A stretch of 64,000 nucleotides of DNA from a virus (lineage: Duplodnaviria > Caudoviricetes), in IMG/VR virus record IMGVR_UViG_3300032170_000128, positions 3,072 through 67,071 of that record; one strand, given 5' to 3'. Below the pieces are notes generated by a model that worked only from the letters and a program-made list of their open reading frames with translations, searched no databases and was not told the DNA's origin. Shown piece after piece: positions 62,948 through 64,000 of the stretch (positions are counted from its first letter, which is position 1; the number at the start of each line of letters is the position of its first letter). A program made the translations under genes and the position numbers.

Positions 62948-64000
62948 ATGAGCTTGATAAAGCGGGGAAAGTATTACTGGCTTGATATCCGCGTCGACGG
63001 AAAGAGGGTCAGGAGATCGCTTAACACAACAAAAAAGCCGGTGGCTCTGATGATGTTCAATAAGAAAAGAAAAGAACTCCTGGCAGAACACGACGGGAGC
63101 AAAGTCCGATTCTCTGATTTCTGCAAGAAATATCTTGATTGGGCCAGGTCCTCCAAACCGGCCTCAGCCATTCGGGAAGAGCAGAGGCTTGATAAGATTC
63201 AGAAGTTTTTCGCCGATCTCCAGATAGTCTATCTGGACGAAATAACGCCATTCCACATAGAGCAACTAAAAACCGAACTAAGGAAGACGGGATTAATAAA
63301 TGATTCAGAAAAACAGAAGGGGGTCTCTAAGGCCACCGTCAACCGCTATCTTCAAATCTTGAGGGGGCTTTTTTATAAGGCCATCGATTGGGAGATTTAT
63401 AACAAGCAGAATCCTCTAAAGAAGATTAAATTCCACAGGGAAAATACGGTCATAGAGCCTCTCTCAGACATCCAGGTGGAAAGAATAATTCATGCAGCCA
63501 GGAAGATAAGCCGGGAACCCCATTCTTCCCTGCAGAGATCATTCTATGATGTTTGCATGCTGGCTATTAATACCGGCATGAGGAAATCGGAGATCCTGAA
63601 TCTAAAATGGGAGGACCTTAATGAGGACGAGCTTTTAGTGAATGGGAAAGGCGATAAGATCAGATATGTGCCTTTGAATCCCAAGGCAAAAGCGATAATA
63701 ATGAGACAACCGAGAAAAACAGAATGGGTATTTGATATCTCAAACCGCCATCAGCCCGATTTGTTCAGGCGGACGGTCGGCCAGATAAGAAAAAAAACCG
63801 GGGTCGATTTCCGTTTTCACTCTCTGCGCCATTACTTCGCGACGAAACTCATCGGGAACGGGATTGATTTTGTCACGGTGGCCGAGCTTCTCGGTCACAG
63901 CAAGATCAGCACAAGCCTGATTTATTCCCATACGGACAAGGAGAGGAAAAAGAAGGCGGTCGAGGCTTTGGAGCAGGATGTCAATAACGCAGGCATTTAG
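62948..64000 (+). CDS. int: Tyrosine integrase
   Basis: TGMRKSE (R), GKGDK (K), FHSLRH (HxxR), LLGH, IYSH (Y); Arm-type N terminus. Confidence 0.95.
   Translation: MSLIKRGKYYWLDIRVDGKRVRRSLNTTKKPVALMMFNKKRKELLAEHDGSKVRFSDFCKKYLDWARSSKPASAIREEQRLDKIQKFFADLQIVYLDEITPFHIEQLKTELRKTGLINDSEKQKGVSKATVNRYLQILRGLFYKAIDWEIYNKQNPLKKIKFHRENTVIEPLSDIQVERIIHAARKISREPHSSLQRSFYDVCMLAINTGMRKSEILNLKWEDLNEDELLVNGKGDKIRYVPLNPKAKAIIMRQPRKTEWVFDISNRHQPDLFRRTVGQIRKKTGVDFRFHSLRHYFATKLIGNGIDFVTVAELLGHSKISTSLIYSHTDKERKKKAVEALEQDVNNAGI

Larger units (their letters stand above)
1..64000. mobile_element. Temperate siphovirus-like phage/prophage (ends not determined)
   Basis: Complete ordered set of terminase, portal, MuF, protease, scaffold, capsid, head-tail, tail tube, tape measure, lysis, replication, repressor/cro and integrase genes; no sheath; no att site or host core genes identified. 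Confidence 0.95.

Noticed and set aside
62844-64000. attP/attL/attR core, tRNA genes
   Set aside because: No tRNA cloverleaf or direct repeat matching the other end was found; window ends at the integrase stop.
1-64000. Archaeal host (suggested by Topo VI-like, Cas4-like, TYW3-like genes)
   Set aside because: Peptidoglycan amidase, AGGAGG RBSs and TTGACA/TATAAT-type promoters indicate a bacterial host.

Overview
The window is almost entirely one temperate tailed phage or prophage of siphovirus type (HK97-fold capsid, TP901-type tail tube and tape measure, no sheath gene). An amidase endolysin and sigma70-type promoters point to a bacterial host. Layout: a short + strand accessory block (1-3510: RHH regulator, Toprim protein, CmcI-family methyltransferase); one long - strand run through tail, head, packaging, lysis, accessory, replication/DNA-modification and recombination genes (3853-61959); and a + strand immunity/integration block (XRE repressor, unknown gene, tyrosine integrase; 62109-64000). 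The outstanding feature is a 2137-aa head-module polyprotein (18948-25361) between a MuF-metallopeptidase gene and the scaffold/capsid genes. It strings together a nucleotidyltransferase, three tandem Dam-like adenine methyltransferases, a class I SAM methyltransferase, an ATP-dependent ligase-like domain, a LigD-like 3'-phosphoesterase, a further unknown domain and a C-terminal XkdF-like prohead protease. Its domains are separated by a recurring hydrophobic-x-Lys|small linker motif, suggesting a self-processing, capsid-loaded DNA protection and repair kit. Other notable items: a C5 methyltransferase encoded in two overlapping frames, a triplicated gene with a covarying structured leader, several candidate structured RNAs, a phased (GGCNN)20 repeat, and an unusually heavy load of DNA-modification genes. 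All calls come from reading motifs by eye; no database searches or folding programs were run.
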